Part shown: in pieces, positions 1 to 13,990 of the stretch
How positions within the stretch are numbered: the first letter of the stretch is position 1
Layout: each line of letters opens with the position of its first letter
Assembly (NCBI GenBank): GCA_951406725.2
Contig: OX597821.1
Location: 108,686,001 to 108,750,000 of the forward strand
Origin: Octopus vulgaris
Taxonomy: Eukaryota
DNA: 64,000 bases
Reading direction: 5' to 3'
Position numbers and translations under genes: made by a program
The notes under the pieces: generated by a model
The model's database searches: none
What the model saw: only the letters and a program-made list of their open reading frames with translations
What the model was told of the DNA's origin: nothing

Positions 1-179
1 TTTGATTTTCTGTTTTTAATTTTTAATGTTTTTTTTTTGCTTGATGTTTGATAGTTTTGTGTTTATTATGTCGGTCGCTTTCCCTGAACTGCTACGTTAC
101 ACGGTGATAAAATATAAAAATTTCCAGCATCCCCTGTTCTAAAGCGGTGATGGTGGTGACGGTATCGAACACAATAACA

Positions 180-790
180 GGCATATAGTCTGGAACCTGA
201 TCATGATGACAGCGACGACGATGGAGGAGGAGGAGGAAGAAGAGTAGGAGAAGGTAGACGTGGAGGAGAAGGATGCTGATGATCATGGTGGTGGTAAGGA
301 TGATTATGGTGCTGCTGCTGCTGCTGATGATGATGATGAGGAGGAGGAGGAGGAGGAAGAGGGGAATGTAGAAAGCTACAACATTACCGACGACGATGAC
401 GGCAGTGATGACGATAAGGACAACGATGTCAAATGCAGGAAACAAACAAAAACACAAAAGTAATACGAAAGTGACATCGACAGCAATAACAACATCAACG
501 CCATGATACAAAATAAAGAACAACAACAACGTCATAGTCATCGTCATCATCATCGTCGTCATCATCGTCATCATCATCGTCATCATCATCGTCATCATCA
601 TCATCATCATCAACACCACCATAATCATCATTAACACCATCATCGTCTTCATCATCATCATCATCAACACCACCATCATTATCATTATCAACACCATCAT
701 CGTCTTCATCATCAACATCACCATTGGCATCATCACCACCACCACCACCACCACCAACGACAACAACAACAACAACAACAACAACAACAT
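180..790. repeat. Compound trinucleotide low-complexity tract (GAT/GAG/CAT/CAC/AAC)
   Basis: Runs of gatgat, gaggag, catcat, caccac and aacaac; explains the 92..931 and 260..463 ORFs. Confidence 0.9.
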
Positions 791-840
791 AATGATCTCA
801 GTGACAAGGCAAGCACAGAAAAGGAACACAGGGAAAATTC

Positions 841-2332
<1,492 letters not shown>

Positions 2333-2644
2333 CATCGTGTTATTCACGTGTCCAGATACGATCTCATCCACACCTACAAAGAAATTACGTACGTTTTACA
2401 CCCCAATACCCAAACGCGAAAGGAAAACTTTAACATTTACGTTAAAAAATACATACCACAGGTATAAAAAGTATATATACACGTATAATTACACACACAC
2501 ACACGCACACACATACACACATACATACGGATGAAACCAGTCACACATGTACATTCTTATATAAGAGTATGCCTGTGTGTGTGTATATTTAGTGTTTGTA
2601 TGTATGGAGTTCATAAACATACGAATATATATGTATGTTAATAG

Positions 2645-3217
2645 CAGCGAACTGGCAGAAACGTGAGAGCGCCGTGCGAATTGCTTTGCGGTATTTCGTA
2701 TGCCGTTACGCTGTGAGTTCAAATTCCGCCGAGGTCAACTTTGCCTTTCATCCTTTCGGGGTCGATAAATTAAGCACCAGTTACGCACTGGGGTCGATGT
2801 AATCGACTTAATACCTATGTCTGTCCTTGTTTGTCCCCTCTATGTTTAGCCCCTTGTGGGTAATAAAGAAATAGGTATTTCGTCTGCCGCCATGTTCTGA
2901 GTTCAAATTCCGCCGAGGTCGATTTTGCCTTTTATCTTTTCGGGATCGATTAAATAAGTACCAGTTACGCACTGGGGTTGATATAATCGACTTAATCCGT
3001 TTGTCTCTCCTTGTTTGTCCCCTCTGTGTTTAGGCAATGCGGGTAGTAAAGAAATAGGTATTTCGTCTGCCTTTACGTTCTGAGTTCAAATTCCGCCGAG
3101 GTCGACTTTCGCCTTTCGTCCTTTCGAAATTAAGTACTAGTCGCGTACTGAGGTCGATCTAATCAACTGGCCCCGTCCCCCAAAATTTGCGGCCTTGTGT
3201 CTAGAGTAGAATAGAAT
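2645..3217 (+). mobile_element. SINE family A, head-to-tail trimer
   Basis: tRNA-like head (ctggcagaaacg...gagttcaaattcc, B-box-like) followed by gcctttcatcctttcggggtcgataaattaagtaccag, which resembles the MetaSINE central domain; units restart at 2874 and 3057. Confidence 0.85.
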
Positions 3218-3224
3218 ATATTTG

Positions 3225-3556
3225 AGAGCGCGTGGCCTACTGGTTAGTGTATTGCACACGCGATCTCGAGATCGTGGGTTCGATTCTAGGAACGGGTGCT
3301 ACGTTGTGCTTTTGTGCAGAACACTTCCGCTCCCTTATCTCTACGATCACCTCGACTTTTGAGATGTGGCACACCGTGCATCTGTTCAAGCAAAGTTGAT
3401 TTGACGGAAGGTGTGAGCTAATATACGGCGCATACTTTCGATCCGAATAACGAGCCATTCGAGTAAGCTATTAAGCAAGACATTTCAGAACCGTCTTTCT
3501 CGGACAGCGAGAGTCTATGATTATATGACATGGTATTTGCTCCATCTTCATACACG
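3225..3556 (+). mobile_element. tRNA-derived SINE-like element (family C-related head)
   Basis: gcgcgtggcctactggttag (A-box-like) and ggttcgattc (B-box-like); head resembles 5041 and 29985. Confidence 0.6.
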
Positions 3557-4475
3557 GTTGCAATTTCTTTGTCCTTCCTCGTTGCAATTTCTTTGTCCTT
3601 CCTCGTTGCAATTTCTTTGTCCTTCCTCGTTGCAATTTCTTTGTCCTTCCTCGTTGCAATTTCTTTGTCCTTCCTCGTTGCAATTTCTTTGTCCTTCCTC
3701 GTTGCAATTTCTTTGTCCTTCCTCGTTGCAATTTCTTTGTCCTTCCTCGTTGCAATTTCTTTGTCCTTCCTCGTTGCAATTTCTTTGTCCTTCCTCGTTG
3801 CAATTTCTTTGTCCTTCCTCGTTGCAATTTCTTTGTCCTTCCTCGTTGCAATTTCTTTGTCCTTCCTCGTTGCAATTTCTTTGTCCTTCCTCGTTGCAAT
3901 TTCTTTGTCCTTCCTCGTTGCAATTTCTTTGTCCTTCCTCGTTGCAATTTCTTTGTCCTTCCTCGTTGCAATTTCTTTGTCCTTCCTCGTTGCAATTTCT
4001 TTGTCCTTCCTCGTTGCAATTTCTTTGTCCTTCCTCGTTGCAATTTCTTTGTCCTTCCTCGTTGCAATTTCTTTGTCCTTCCTCGTTGCAATTTCTTTGT
4101 CCTTCCTCGTTGCAATTTCTTTGTCCTTCCTCGTTGCAATTTCTTTGTCCTTCCTCGTTGCAATTTCTTTGTCCTTCCTCGTTGCAATTTCTTTGTCCTT
4201 CCTCGTTGCAATTTCTTTGTCCTTCCTCGTTGCAATTTCTTTGTCCTTCCTCGTTGCAATTTCTTTGTCCTTCCTCGTTGCAATTTCTTTGTCCTTCCTC
4301 GTTGCAATTTCTTTGTCCTTCCTCGTTGCAATTTCTTTGTCCTTCCTCGTTGCAATTTCTTTGTCCTTCCTCGTTGCAATTTCTTTGTCCTTCCTCGTTG
4401 CAATTTCTTTGTCCTTCCTCGTTGCAATTTCTTTGTCCTTCCTCGTTGCAATTTCTTTGTCCTTCCTCGTTGCAA
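3557..4475. repeat. Perfect 24-bp minisatellite, 38 copies plus 7 bp
   Basis: Unit gttgcaatttctttgtccttcctc repeated with no visible variant from 3557 to 4468. Confidence 0.97.
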
Positions 4476-4509
4476 ATGGCATTGTTGACAGCTGAACCAG
4501 TTGCACTTA

Positions 4510-4918
4510 CTTTTACTTTTACTTCTTTCAGTCATTTGACTGCGGCCATGCTGGAGCACCGCCTTTTTTAATCGAGCAACTCGACCCCGGGACTTATTAT
4601 TCTTTTGTAAGCCTAGTACTTATTCTATCGGTCTCTTTCTATGGAACCGCTAAGTGACGGGGACGTAAACACACCAGCATCGGTTGTCAAGCGATGTTGG
4701 ATGGGACAAACACAGACACACAAACATACACGCACACATATATTTATACATATATACCGCGGGCTTCTTTCAGTTTCCGTCTACCAAATCCACACACGAG
4801 GCTTTGGTCGGCCCGAGGCTATAGTAGAAGACACTTGCCCAAAGTGCCACGCAGTGGAACTGAACACGGAACCATGTGGTTGGTAAGCAAGCTACTTACC
4901 ACACAGCCACTCCTGCGC
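4510..4918 (-). mobile_element. SINE family B, full length
   Basis: Reverse complement of the gcgcaggagtggctg...tggtaagtagcttgc...ttgggcaagtgtcttct...gaaacaagtaaaag element at 58064; CORE-like ttgggcaagtg motif and internal (CA/TA)n. Confidence 0.9.
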
Positions 4919-5040
4919 ACTGTAGATTTTCATGGCTTTGAGGAAAAGGTGATAGACGAAAGCTGGAACTTACTGTGCACATACGTTTATACAGGCTATC
5001 ACTTTTCCCATGCCACTGGATTTTCAGTAGATGTGTGGAT

Positions 5041-5380
5041 GCGCGTGGCCTAGTAGTTAGGGTGTTGGATTCATGATCGTAGGATTGTGGTTTTGATTCC
5101 TGCATCAGGCGAAACGTTGTGTTCTTGGGCAAATCACTTTATTTCGTGTTGCTCCAGTCCTGAAATAGTATTTTGCTGAAGGACACAACACATTGCCCGG
5201 TTCAGGACTCGAAACTACAATCTAACGAATATGAGTCCAACACCCTCACCACTAAGCCACGCGCCTCCACATTGGATTATAGAGGGCTGTAGCTGAAGAC
5301 ACTTGCCCAAAGCGCTTCGCAGTAGGACTGAACCCGGAAGCATGAAGTTAGAAAGTAAACTTTTTACCACGCCTGCACCT
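5041..5380. mobile_element. Cluster of truncated SINE heads (families C and B)
   Basis: gcgcgtggcctagtagttaggg (+, 5041); ccactaagccacgcgc (-, about 5250-5265); agacacttgcccaa...gactgaacccgg (-, about 5297-5340). Confidence 0.7.
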
Positions 5381-5389
5381 AAAAATATG

Positions 5390-5806
5390 TATTGGGTTGG
5401 CAACTAAGTTCCCACCGTTTTTATTTTTAATTTTGGAATTTATTGCGTTTTTAAATTTTGGATTCTATTTTTTTTTCGAGAATTCTATTTTTGAATCATT
5501 TTGGAATCTATTTTGCTTTTGCTATTTTTCAAGTTAATTTTAGTTAATTTTTGTTTATTTTCAGATCATTTTCGACACCTCCTTCTTTTTGCTTTTAATC
5601 AAGATTCTACGGCCGCAAAAGCTGCTCGCGACATTTGTGCTGTGTATGGAGAGGGTGCCATAGCTGAAAGAACCACTCGTGATTGGTATGCCAAGTAAAA
5701 AAATGGAAATTTTGACCTCAAAGACGCACCTCGTTCTGGCCGTCCAGTTGAGTTCGATAAAGAGCGATTAAACCAACTTTTGCAAGAATATTCTCGACAA
5801 ACGAGA
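5390..5806 (+). mobile_element. Mariner transposon 5' fragment (TIR plus transposase HTH pseudogene)
   Basis: TA then TIR ttgggttggcaactaagtt; translation HFRHLLLFAFNQDSTAAKAARDICAVYGEGAIAERTTRDWYAK*KNGNFDLKDAPRSGRP is a Mos1/SETMAR-type N-terminus. Confidence 0.85.
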
Positions 5807-5839
<33 letters not shown>

Positions 5840-5875
5840 TGTATGTATGTATGTATGTATGTATGTATGTATGTA

Positions 5876-6040
5876 TATACGACGGGCTTCTTTCAGTTTC
5901 CGTCTACCAAATCCACTCACAAGTCTTTACTCGGTCCGAGCCTATAGTAGAAGACACTTGTCCAAGGTGCCACACAGTGGGACTGAACGCGGAACCATGT
6001 GGTTGGGAAGCAAACTTCTTACCACACAGCCACTCCTGCG
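5876..6040 (-). mobile_element. SINE family B 5' half
   Basis: acgacgggcttctttcagtttccgtctacc...ccacacagccactcctgcg. Confidence 0.85.
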
Positions 6041-6731
6041 TTGTAGAAATGGCACCAGAATCACCCTCACATCACGTCACATTGTTTTGAAAAAGGAAGG
6101 GTTTATTAGAAAATATAGTCCTTTCTATGTTCAGAAGTCAACAAACGAGGTTGTTTGTCACTGAATACCGATTGCTAGAGTTCTCGAAATAGCAGCCGAA
6201 TCGCTATCAGATCACACAATATCATTTCAAAAAGGGATGCGAGCATTAGAATTCCATTGCTATCCGTGTCTTTAAAAGACAACGAACGGGATTGTTACTC
6301 ATCGAATGCTTTGATTGTAGATGTACTCTATCACAGCTAACCTGGGGCTAAAGAAGAAAAATATGAGAATGACAGTAACGAAAAAAAAAAAACAGAAAAT
6401 AATTTAGATTACGAAGAAAAAAATTTACAAAGAGTAAAATGAAAATAGAAAAGAATAGAAAAATAATGGTAATTTTCGAAGTGTTATTCTCGATATCTCG
6501 AAACTTTTCAGTTTTCACAACCATTATCCTTGTTAAATATTTCATGAAGTTGTTACTTGCAACCAAACAAAATGGCGTGGAATGAAGGGAGACAACAAGT
6601 GAAAGATTGACTGATAAACGAAACTGAAAAATGATGAAGAAAAATTAAAAACTTCGATGCTTGATGTTGGTTTCGCTGCATGTTGGTGTGTTTGTTTGCT
6701 GGTTTAATAGTGAGAACGACTATGAGGAGGG

Positions 6732-7091
<360 letters not shown>

Positions 7092-7650
7092 AATGCCCTG
7101 ATGCAGTACCAGGCAGTGGCTCTCATGGCTTCTGATCTTAACTGATTGGAAGTGCTATCATGTACATTGTATTGTCTTGGTATAAAAGATGGGCTACAGC
7201 AAATATTCTGCTCAATACCACAGATTTGCTTGTCAGTTGTTTGACCTTAACCAGTTGAGCATGTCGCTTAGTGGCTGACGATATGTGCATCTCTGATCAC
7301 GTGCAGAAGTAGTGGGGGAGCATCATAGCCATGTGTTGAGAGGAATTCTTTGTGGTTTGAATAATTCACCTCTGGAAACATGGGTGCTTCGTTCAACATC
7401 CTTAAGCAACCCTTATTCAGGGACCGTTTGAGCGGGATGGGTTACTCGACCAGAAGAAAATTCTAACTGGGCCCCACCTGCAAGGTTATGTGCTGTTTAT
7501 CTTAATATGAGATCTCCATATCGCGCACATATGGTTGTGATGCATGTGCCTAGTGTATCCTTATCAGACGGGTAGTCATGATGGGTATACTGGGCTTCGT
7601 ATATTTTACCCCAGTGTCACTTTGATGGCATGCACTGCTCTCTCACTCAG
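7092..7650 (+). mobile_element. About 560-bp non-coding interspersed element at (TAA)n, copy 1
   Basis: Highly similar reverse complement at 31011-31560; both copies flanked on both sides by (TAA)n; strand assigned by the TAA orientation. Confidence 0.85.
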
Positions 7651-7662
7651 TAATAATAATAA

Positions 7663-7906
7663 TAGAGATTAAGAAGTCGGACATAGTCTTAATTGAGAAA
7701 TAAAACACACTATGCTAGATCATAGACATAGCATGCCCAGCTGACAACAAGGTATGCGATAAGGAAGAAAGAAAAGTAGATAGGTATGACCGGTTGGATT
7801 GGGAATAAAAGCAGTTGTGGTCGATGAAAAAAGTTGCGGTAGTACCAATAATTGTCGGAGCCTTGGGAACAGTGAGCAAGAATCTCATACATGCAAAAAT
7901 TTCCTA
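7663..7906 (+). mobile_element. R4/Dong-type non-LTR retrotransposon fragment (RLE region)
   Basis: KKSDIVLIEK..IIDIACPADNKV..QLWSMKKVAVVPIIVGALGTVSKNL; homologous to about 18010-18235; starts right after (TAA)n. Confidence 0.8.
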
Positions 7907-8645
7907 CACATACATAGAGGAATACCAGAACAGAATATGACGCCATGGTGTCTCGTCCGACGTTTTGTCGATTTACTTGTTACTCCGCTAAAATCAGATG
8001 TGTGTGTGTGTGTGTAGATATCTGCACAGATACAGAAACACACACAAACACACATCACGTACTCAACAACAAGTCAAGTGTATGCGTAATGTATGCACAA
8101 TTCACACCACGTACGATTGTTATGAATTAAGAGCCAAATTCAACCACAACCGGAAGTACAGCCATTAAGACGTATCTTAAACGACAAATACTCTTTGTTT
8201 TAAAACCACTTGGCTAAATCTTGGCTAAAACTAAAGCCTCCATCTGTCTTAAGCATTGTCAAAGACAATAAGTTCAATTGCTTCTTGTAATTGGCGTGTA
8301 TAACACCCGGTCACAAACACACGTGCAGAGGCTTACATATAAGGGCGTGTGAGAGTGGGTGAATAAATATATATATATAAGTTTTATATATGTGTGTGTG
8401 TGTGTGTATGGTGTGTATGTATGTGAGTGTATGTGTGTGTATTTATATGCATGTAGTATAGGAATATTGTCCAATTATGACAAGTGAATTCATTGAAGAG
8501 TGAGTATATATGTATATAAGTATGTATGTATATATATATATATATGTGTGTATACATATACATATATGTATGTATGTGCGTGTGTATGTAAGTATATATA
8601 TATTTATGTATATATATATATATATATTATGTATTTATATGTATG

Positions 8646-8708
<63 letters not shown>

Positions 8709-9053
8709 GTACAATGTAAAGTCTCGTAAAACACTTAAGGATATACGTGCGTTTATACACACACTCACACACACACACATATTAAATATGTATATACATC
8801 CATACATCATGCATATACGCCTGTGTATACGTGCGTATTTTCATACACACACACACCCTATCGTTGTTTCATTATTCGTTAAATAAAGTGAAACGTTGAA
8901 GCGAAATTAAAATAAGAACACTTTTTCGAAAACAATACATGTAATGATAATGCAAAGTTTAAGGAGAATGGGGAAAGTGCGAGAGAGGAAGAGGGCGTAA
9001 GAATAACGAAGCTTATTCAGACAAGTGCTATGAAAGTCGAGGAATTTAACAAA

Positions 9054-9104
<51 letters not shown>

Positions 9105-9189
9105 CTTTCTCTTTCTCAATCTCTCAATCTCTCATTCGTACTGATTTCGTATATATATTTCTTCTCTCTCCATGTTTATTTCTGTGTTC

Positions 9190-9225
9190 CTTTCTGTTGA
9201 AGAGCGTAGGCTCGAAACGTAAAAG
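9190..9225 (+). ncRNA. Minimal type I hammerhead ribozyme-like motif, family H1 (A6>U)
   Basis: cttt CTGTTGA a gagc-gtag-gctc GAAAC GTA aaag; lies in a cassette at about 9155-9315 ending in (TA)n; second copy at 46571. Confidence 0.6.
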
Positions 9226-9309
9226 ACTTTCTCACTTCTCGAGCGTTAAACTAACATATCTCTTTGTTGTTAACATACCCGTCTTCGTCTTTTGTTTCTT
9301 TGTAAATTC

Positions 9310-9361
<52 letters not shown>

Positions 9362-9499
9362 CATATTAATACACAATTATATACATATATATATTTACGT
9401 GTGCATCTTAATGTTTGTTTCTTTTGCGATGATACACATAAAATACTTCAATGTTAAATTCAAGAAATCCCGTTTAGATTGACCTAGCATTTCATCACT

Positions 9500-9830
9500 T
9501 CGAGATCGATAAAACATCAGTTGAGCAGCGGAGTCAATGTAATCGACTTCCCCGCTCCGCTGAAACTGCTGGCCTTGTGCCAAAATTTGAAATCAATGTT
9601 ATTAATCTGGAAGAAAAGACGGTGAGCTGGTAGAATCGTTAGCACACAGGGCGAAATGCTAAGCGGCATTTCGTCCGTCTTTACGTTCTGAGTTCAAACA
9701 CACACAGGTCGACTTTGCCATTCATCCCTTTCAGGGTCGATAAATTAAGTGCCAGTTACGCACTGGGGTCTATGTAATCGACTTCCCTATTCCCCACCCC
9801 AAACGTGCTGCCCTTGCGCTAAGATTTAAA
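9500..9830 (+). mobile_element. SINE family A, degenerate copy plus partial copy
   Basis: ggtgagctggtagaatcgttagcac...gtcgataaattaagtgccagttacgcactgggg. Confidence 0.8.
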
Positions 9831-10229
9831 ACGAATTTGAAAATGAATGACCGTTCAATGCATTTTTGAATGAGAACATAAAAATTGTCCAAGAAAAAGT
9901 CTGATGTGACTTCGAAGTTTCGGCTTACTATCTGTCATCACAATATGTACGCGTATGTAATTCTTTCATTTCTTTAACAGTTTCAATCATTGGTCTCTCT
10001 GGGGCTATGGAGGGAGTCACCTGTACAAGATGACGCTCATTAGGAATGAACCTCACGAGGTCACACACACACACGCTAACACACACTCATGTACACACAC
10101 TCATGCACATTCACACACATGCACACCTATGTATATATATGAATATAGATTGATAGATACATACATACATACAAATACATATAGATGTGTGTACGTGCGT
10201 TTCTATATATATTTATATATGTGTGCGTG

Positions 10230-10284
<55 letters not shown>

Positions 10285-11144
10285 GTGAGTATCGTATGTA
10301 TCGACGCATGTATGCATGTATATATTCGTCAGTATACGTTTATTTATGTATGTGTGTCCACTCGCACCCATTTCCATATCCTGTCCGCTTTATACCCTTC
10401 ACCAAATTCACTTCAAACCACTTTGCATCCAATACGATGCCTTCCCTTAAACACCACTTAGGCACAGCAATGCCCTCTAATGAAAAACCAACTTACCACT
10501 ACCCAGCCATCAGTAAGTATGAAAGGCACAGCAGAAACAGCTGTGATATCTACTTTGGTACTTGGAATACTTCCGATTGTTAAATAGAAGGAACAAACAA
10601 TAGATTACTGCTAATGTAAACCCAGGTTCTATTGCTAATTGCTCATTACAAAGGGTTTGTTTTGAATCAAAACACACTCTGCTTGAGTTCGTAGGCTGTT
10701 AGTGGAGAATATGTTGCGCTTATTCTTGCTGTTCATCGCAACAATTCTAAAGTAATGTAGCAGCTTTATTGTTTGATAAATTCAAGATTGGTGGTTGCTG
10801 TGGTTTTGTACAATGCGAAATATTTATCGGATTTTTAAGACGATAGGCGTCGATTTAAAGGAAATTTAGCTGTTGTTTCAAGCGGTTTGATCGATCGTTT
10901 AAATGTTCCCGCTTTGATGAAAGGCGCTTTCACAGGAAAGAAGTTTGCATAAATATACAATCACGCAAGCACACACACACTATTTGTGTGTGTACATATA
11001 TATTTGGGTGTGTATGTATGTGCGTTTATGATTTATGATTATATTTATGATTATAAAGAGAAAGAGAGAGAAATATATATAACGCATGCGTACATATAGA
11101 TGTGCGTGAATAAGTATATATATATGTATATATATATATCTTTG

Positions 11145-11213
<69 letters not shown>

Positions 11214-11489
11214 TGTTTGTGTGTGTATTTTTCCGAACTTGTGTAAATGTGAGACTAACATATCAGTTGAATAAAGTTAAACAACATGGTCTAATTTTCG
11301 TAATTTTTTATTATTGTATATTTATAAAACAATTTTACAGCTTTGAAGTGTGTTAATTATTTAAAAAAAATATTTAGTAATGTTCATAAAGTTTAATTAG
11401 TGCTTCCATACGTTATTAGTAATCATCAGATTTCAGAATGCGTTGACTGTCTGTTGAGTTGAGTGCTTGACAACTGTAGTAAAACGACT

Positions 11490-12539
11490 TAATGACTTTC
11501 TACAGCTTAGAGTCACCTGCAAATATTTTAATGATGCTATGTTCACTGGAATCTGCAAAGTAATTAATATAGACAATAAAAAAGAAGTGGACCCAGAATA
11601 GTATCCTGCAGAACTCCGCTGATGACTTTTCCTGGTCTTAAGTGGATGCCATCAACCACATGCTGGGTCCTGTTTGTTAGTAAATACCTAATCCATTGAA
11701 GTAGCTTTCCACCAACTGCAGCGTTGGTTAATTTCCATAACAGTATATTGTGGTCGACTCTGTCAAAGGCCTCACTGAAATCAAGGTATATGACATCCGT
11801 GTTAGAGCCCTCACTTAGTGCATTTAATAGGTCATCAAACTGGCGGAGGAGCTGTGTTGGACAGCCCTTCCCACCACGAAAGCCTGCCTGGTTGCAATTT
11901 AGGAGATAATTTTATTCTAGGAAGGCTGTTAGTCTTGACCTCAACACTCTCTCATTTAATTTGATGAGGTTTGAAGTGAGTGAGACTGAACGGTAGTTTA
12001 TAGGGAGCGATTTATTCCCCTTTTTAAAGATAGAAATGACTGACTGCAAGAGAAGGTTTTGAGGGATAAAACCGGCATCCGGTGATTTCCTCCAGAGTGT
12101 TGCGACAAGAGCTGCAAGTTGCTGTCTGTATTCCTTCAGCATTCTAGCAGGGAACCTGTCCGGGACCCACTGCTGAATCAGATTTGATTTCTTTTTATTG
12201 CTGCGAGGATATCCGTGGCGTCGAAAGTTATGTCGGAAAGGACATGTTGAGGATTCAAGGAAGCAAAGCTGCTTGAGTCAACTGGATCAGGGTCATTGAA
12301 AACAGAGCAGTATTGACTTTGCAGGATCTCGGCCATGTCTTTGGCATCATCGTGAAGGATACCGTTTACGTCAACCAGTGGGGTGGTAGAGCAAAATGTG
12401 GCCCTGTGTGTTTTTGCAAAAGGAGAAAATACATTAGGATTATTCTTGATGTTTTTAATAGGAGGAAAAAAATCGCGAACAATTCGCATGTTGTTATATG
12501 TGCATACATGTGTGTTTGTGTGTGTGTGTTTATGGAAAG

Positions 12540-12598
<59 letters not shown>

Positions 12599-13510
12599 GG
12601 AGAAAGTGATATATACACGTATAGTGTTTCTTAATCAAAAATACCATAGATTCTAAAAGACCGATTGTCACAAATCTGATGGAAAGAAGATTTGAAACAT
12701 ACGAATTGTAATTTATTTTGCATAACGTCTGTTTCGAACATCGATGGCAGCACAAAGATTTTGGCATCATTGTGAAGGATGCCGTCTACATCAACCAGTG
12801 GGCTGATAGAGTAAACTGAGGCCCTACGTGTTTTTACAAAGGAGTAAAAGGCCTTAGGTTTATTCCTGATGTTTTTAATAGCCCAGGATTCCTCTGCAGC
12901 TCTTTGGTCGTTTATGGGGGTTCTCTTACAGTCCCGCAGTTGTTGCCTCTTTGATTCCAAGGTTGTTAATGTTCTCGATTGGGGGAGATACTGATTGGGG
13001 GAGATACTGAAACGTTAGGACGCCGGGCGAAATGCTTAGCGGTATTTCGTCTGCCGTTACGTTGTGAGTTCAAATTCCGCCGAGGTCGACTTTGCCTTTC
13101 ATCCTTTCGGGGTCGATAAATTAAGTACCAGTTACGCACTGGGGTTGATGTAATCGACTTAATACCTATGTCTGTCCTTGTTTGTCCCCTCTATGTTTAG
13201 CCCCTTGTGGGTAATAAAGAAATAGGTATTTTAGAGTATTGATATTTCGGTTTATTCTTTTTATCCTCCTGGTGAGCGGTCTTCTCTGTTTTGGAATCCT
13301 GCATCTACTGTAATTTATGAGTCGTGAGGGTGTGCGTTTTGAGCATATGTGAATGACTGTATCCTCAAATAGTTGCCATACCTTTGTGTTGTGTTATTGG
13401 AGGCAAGTGTGAAGGACCAGTCCACTTGCGATAAGTCTTTTGGGATCGCACTCCAGTTTGACTTGTGTAAATCCATATTATCAAATGGGTGCACTGGAGT
13501 TAGTGATTCC
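11490..13510 (-). mobile_element. CR1/L2-type LINE ORF2 pseudogene, rearranged
   Basis: Minus-strand IFKKGNKSLPINYRSVSLTS, VIYLDFSEAFDRVDHNILL, SGVLQDTILGPLLF and IKIFAGDSKL (RT motifs); interrupted by a duplicated segment and a SINE. Confidence 0.85.
13009..13223 (+). mobile_element. SINE family A inserted in the LINE
   Basis: gaaacgttagg...ccccttgtgggtaataaagaaata. Confidence 0.9.
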
Positions 13511-13569
13511 TGTATACACACTCACACACACACACTCACGCATATATATACATATATATATATATATAT

Positions 13570-13990
13570 AAATCCCAAAAAATAGCAAACATGAAAAAAC
13601 ATCAACGCGAGGACGTGGTACATGTAATGTATTGGCAGTGGCTCAGGGTAGTAACGAAAGATGGTTTAACGTTTCGGCGAGCTGGCAGAAACGTTAGCGC
13701 CGGGCGAAATGCGTAGCCGTATTTCGTCTGCCGTTACGCTTTGAGTTCAAATTCCGCCGAGGTCGACTTTGCCTTTCATCCTTTCGGGGTCGATAAATTA
13801 AGTACCAGTTATGCACTGGGGTCGATATAATCGACTTAATCCGTTTTGTCTGTCTTTGTTTGTCCTCTCTGTGTTTAGCCCCTTGTGGGTAGTAAAGAAA
13901 TAGGTTTAATGTTTCGAGCAAAGCTCTTTAGAAATAAAGGATAGTCCAAAGGAAAGGAAGACGGAGGCAAAAAATCGCGAACAATTCACA
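13570..13990 (-). mobile_element. HHR-bearing non-autonomous cassette family H2, split by a SINE
   Basis: Homologous to 54591-54790 (caacgcgagga..gtgg; ggtttaacgtttcgagc..gctctt; ggaagac..aaaaaatcg); begins next to (TA)n. Confidence 0.7.
13676..13902 (+). mobile_element. SINE family A with 14-bp target-site duplication
   Basis: Flanked by ggtttaacgtttcg (13663-13676) and ggtttaatgtttcg (13903-13916). Confidence 0.9.

Noticed and set aside
3557-4475. CRISPR-like array
   Set aside because: No spacers between repeats, no cas genes and a eukaryotic context.
3418-4571. Four overlapping 320-360 aa ORFs
   Set aside because: They are translations of a stop-free 24-bp tandem unit on both strands, with no synonymous variation or domain signal.
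10430-10590. FGTWN motif suggesting an APE endonuclease start of an RTE LINE
   Set aside because: Five-residue match followed by a stop, with no further endonuclease motifs.
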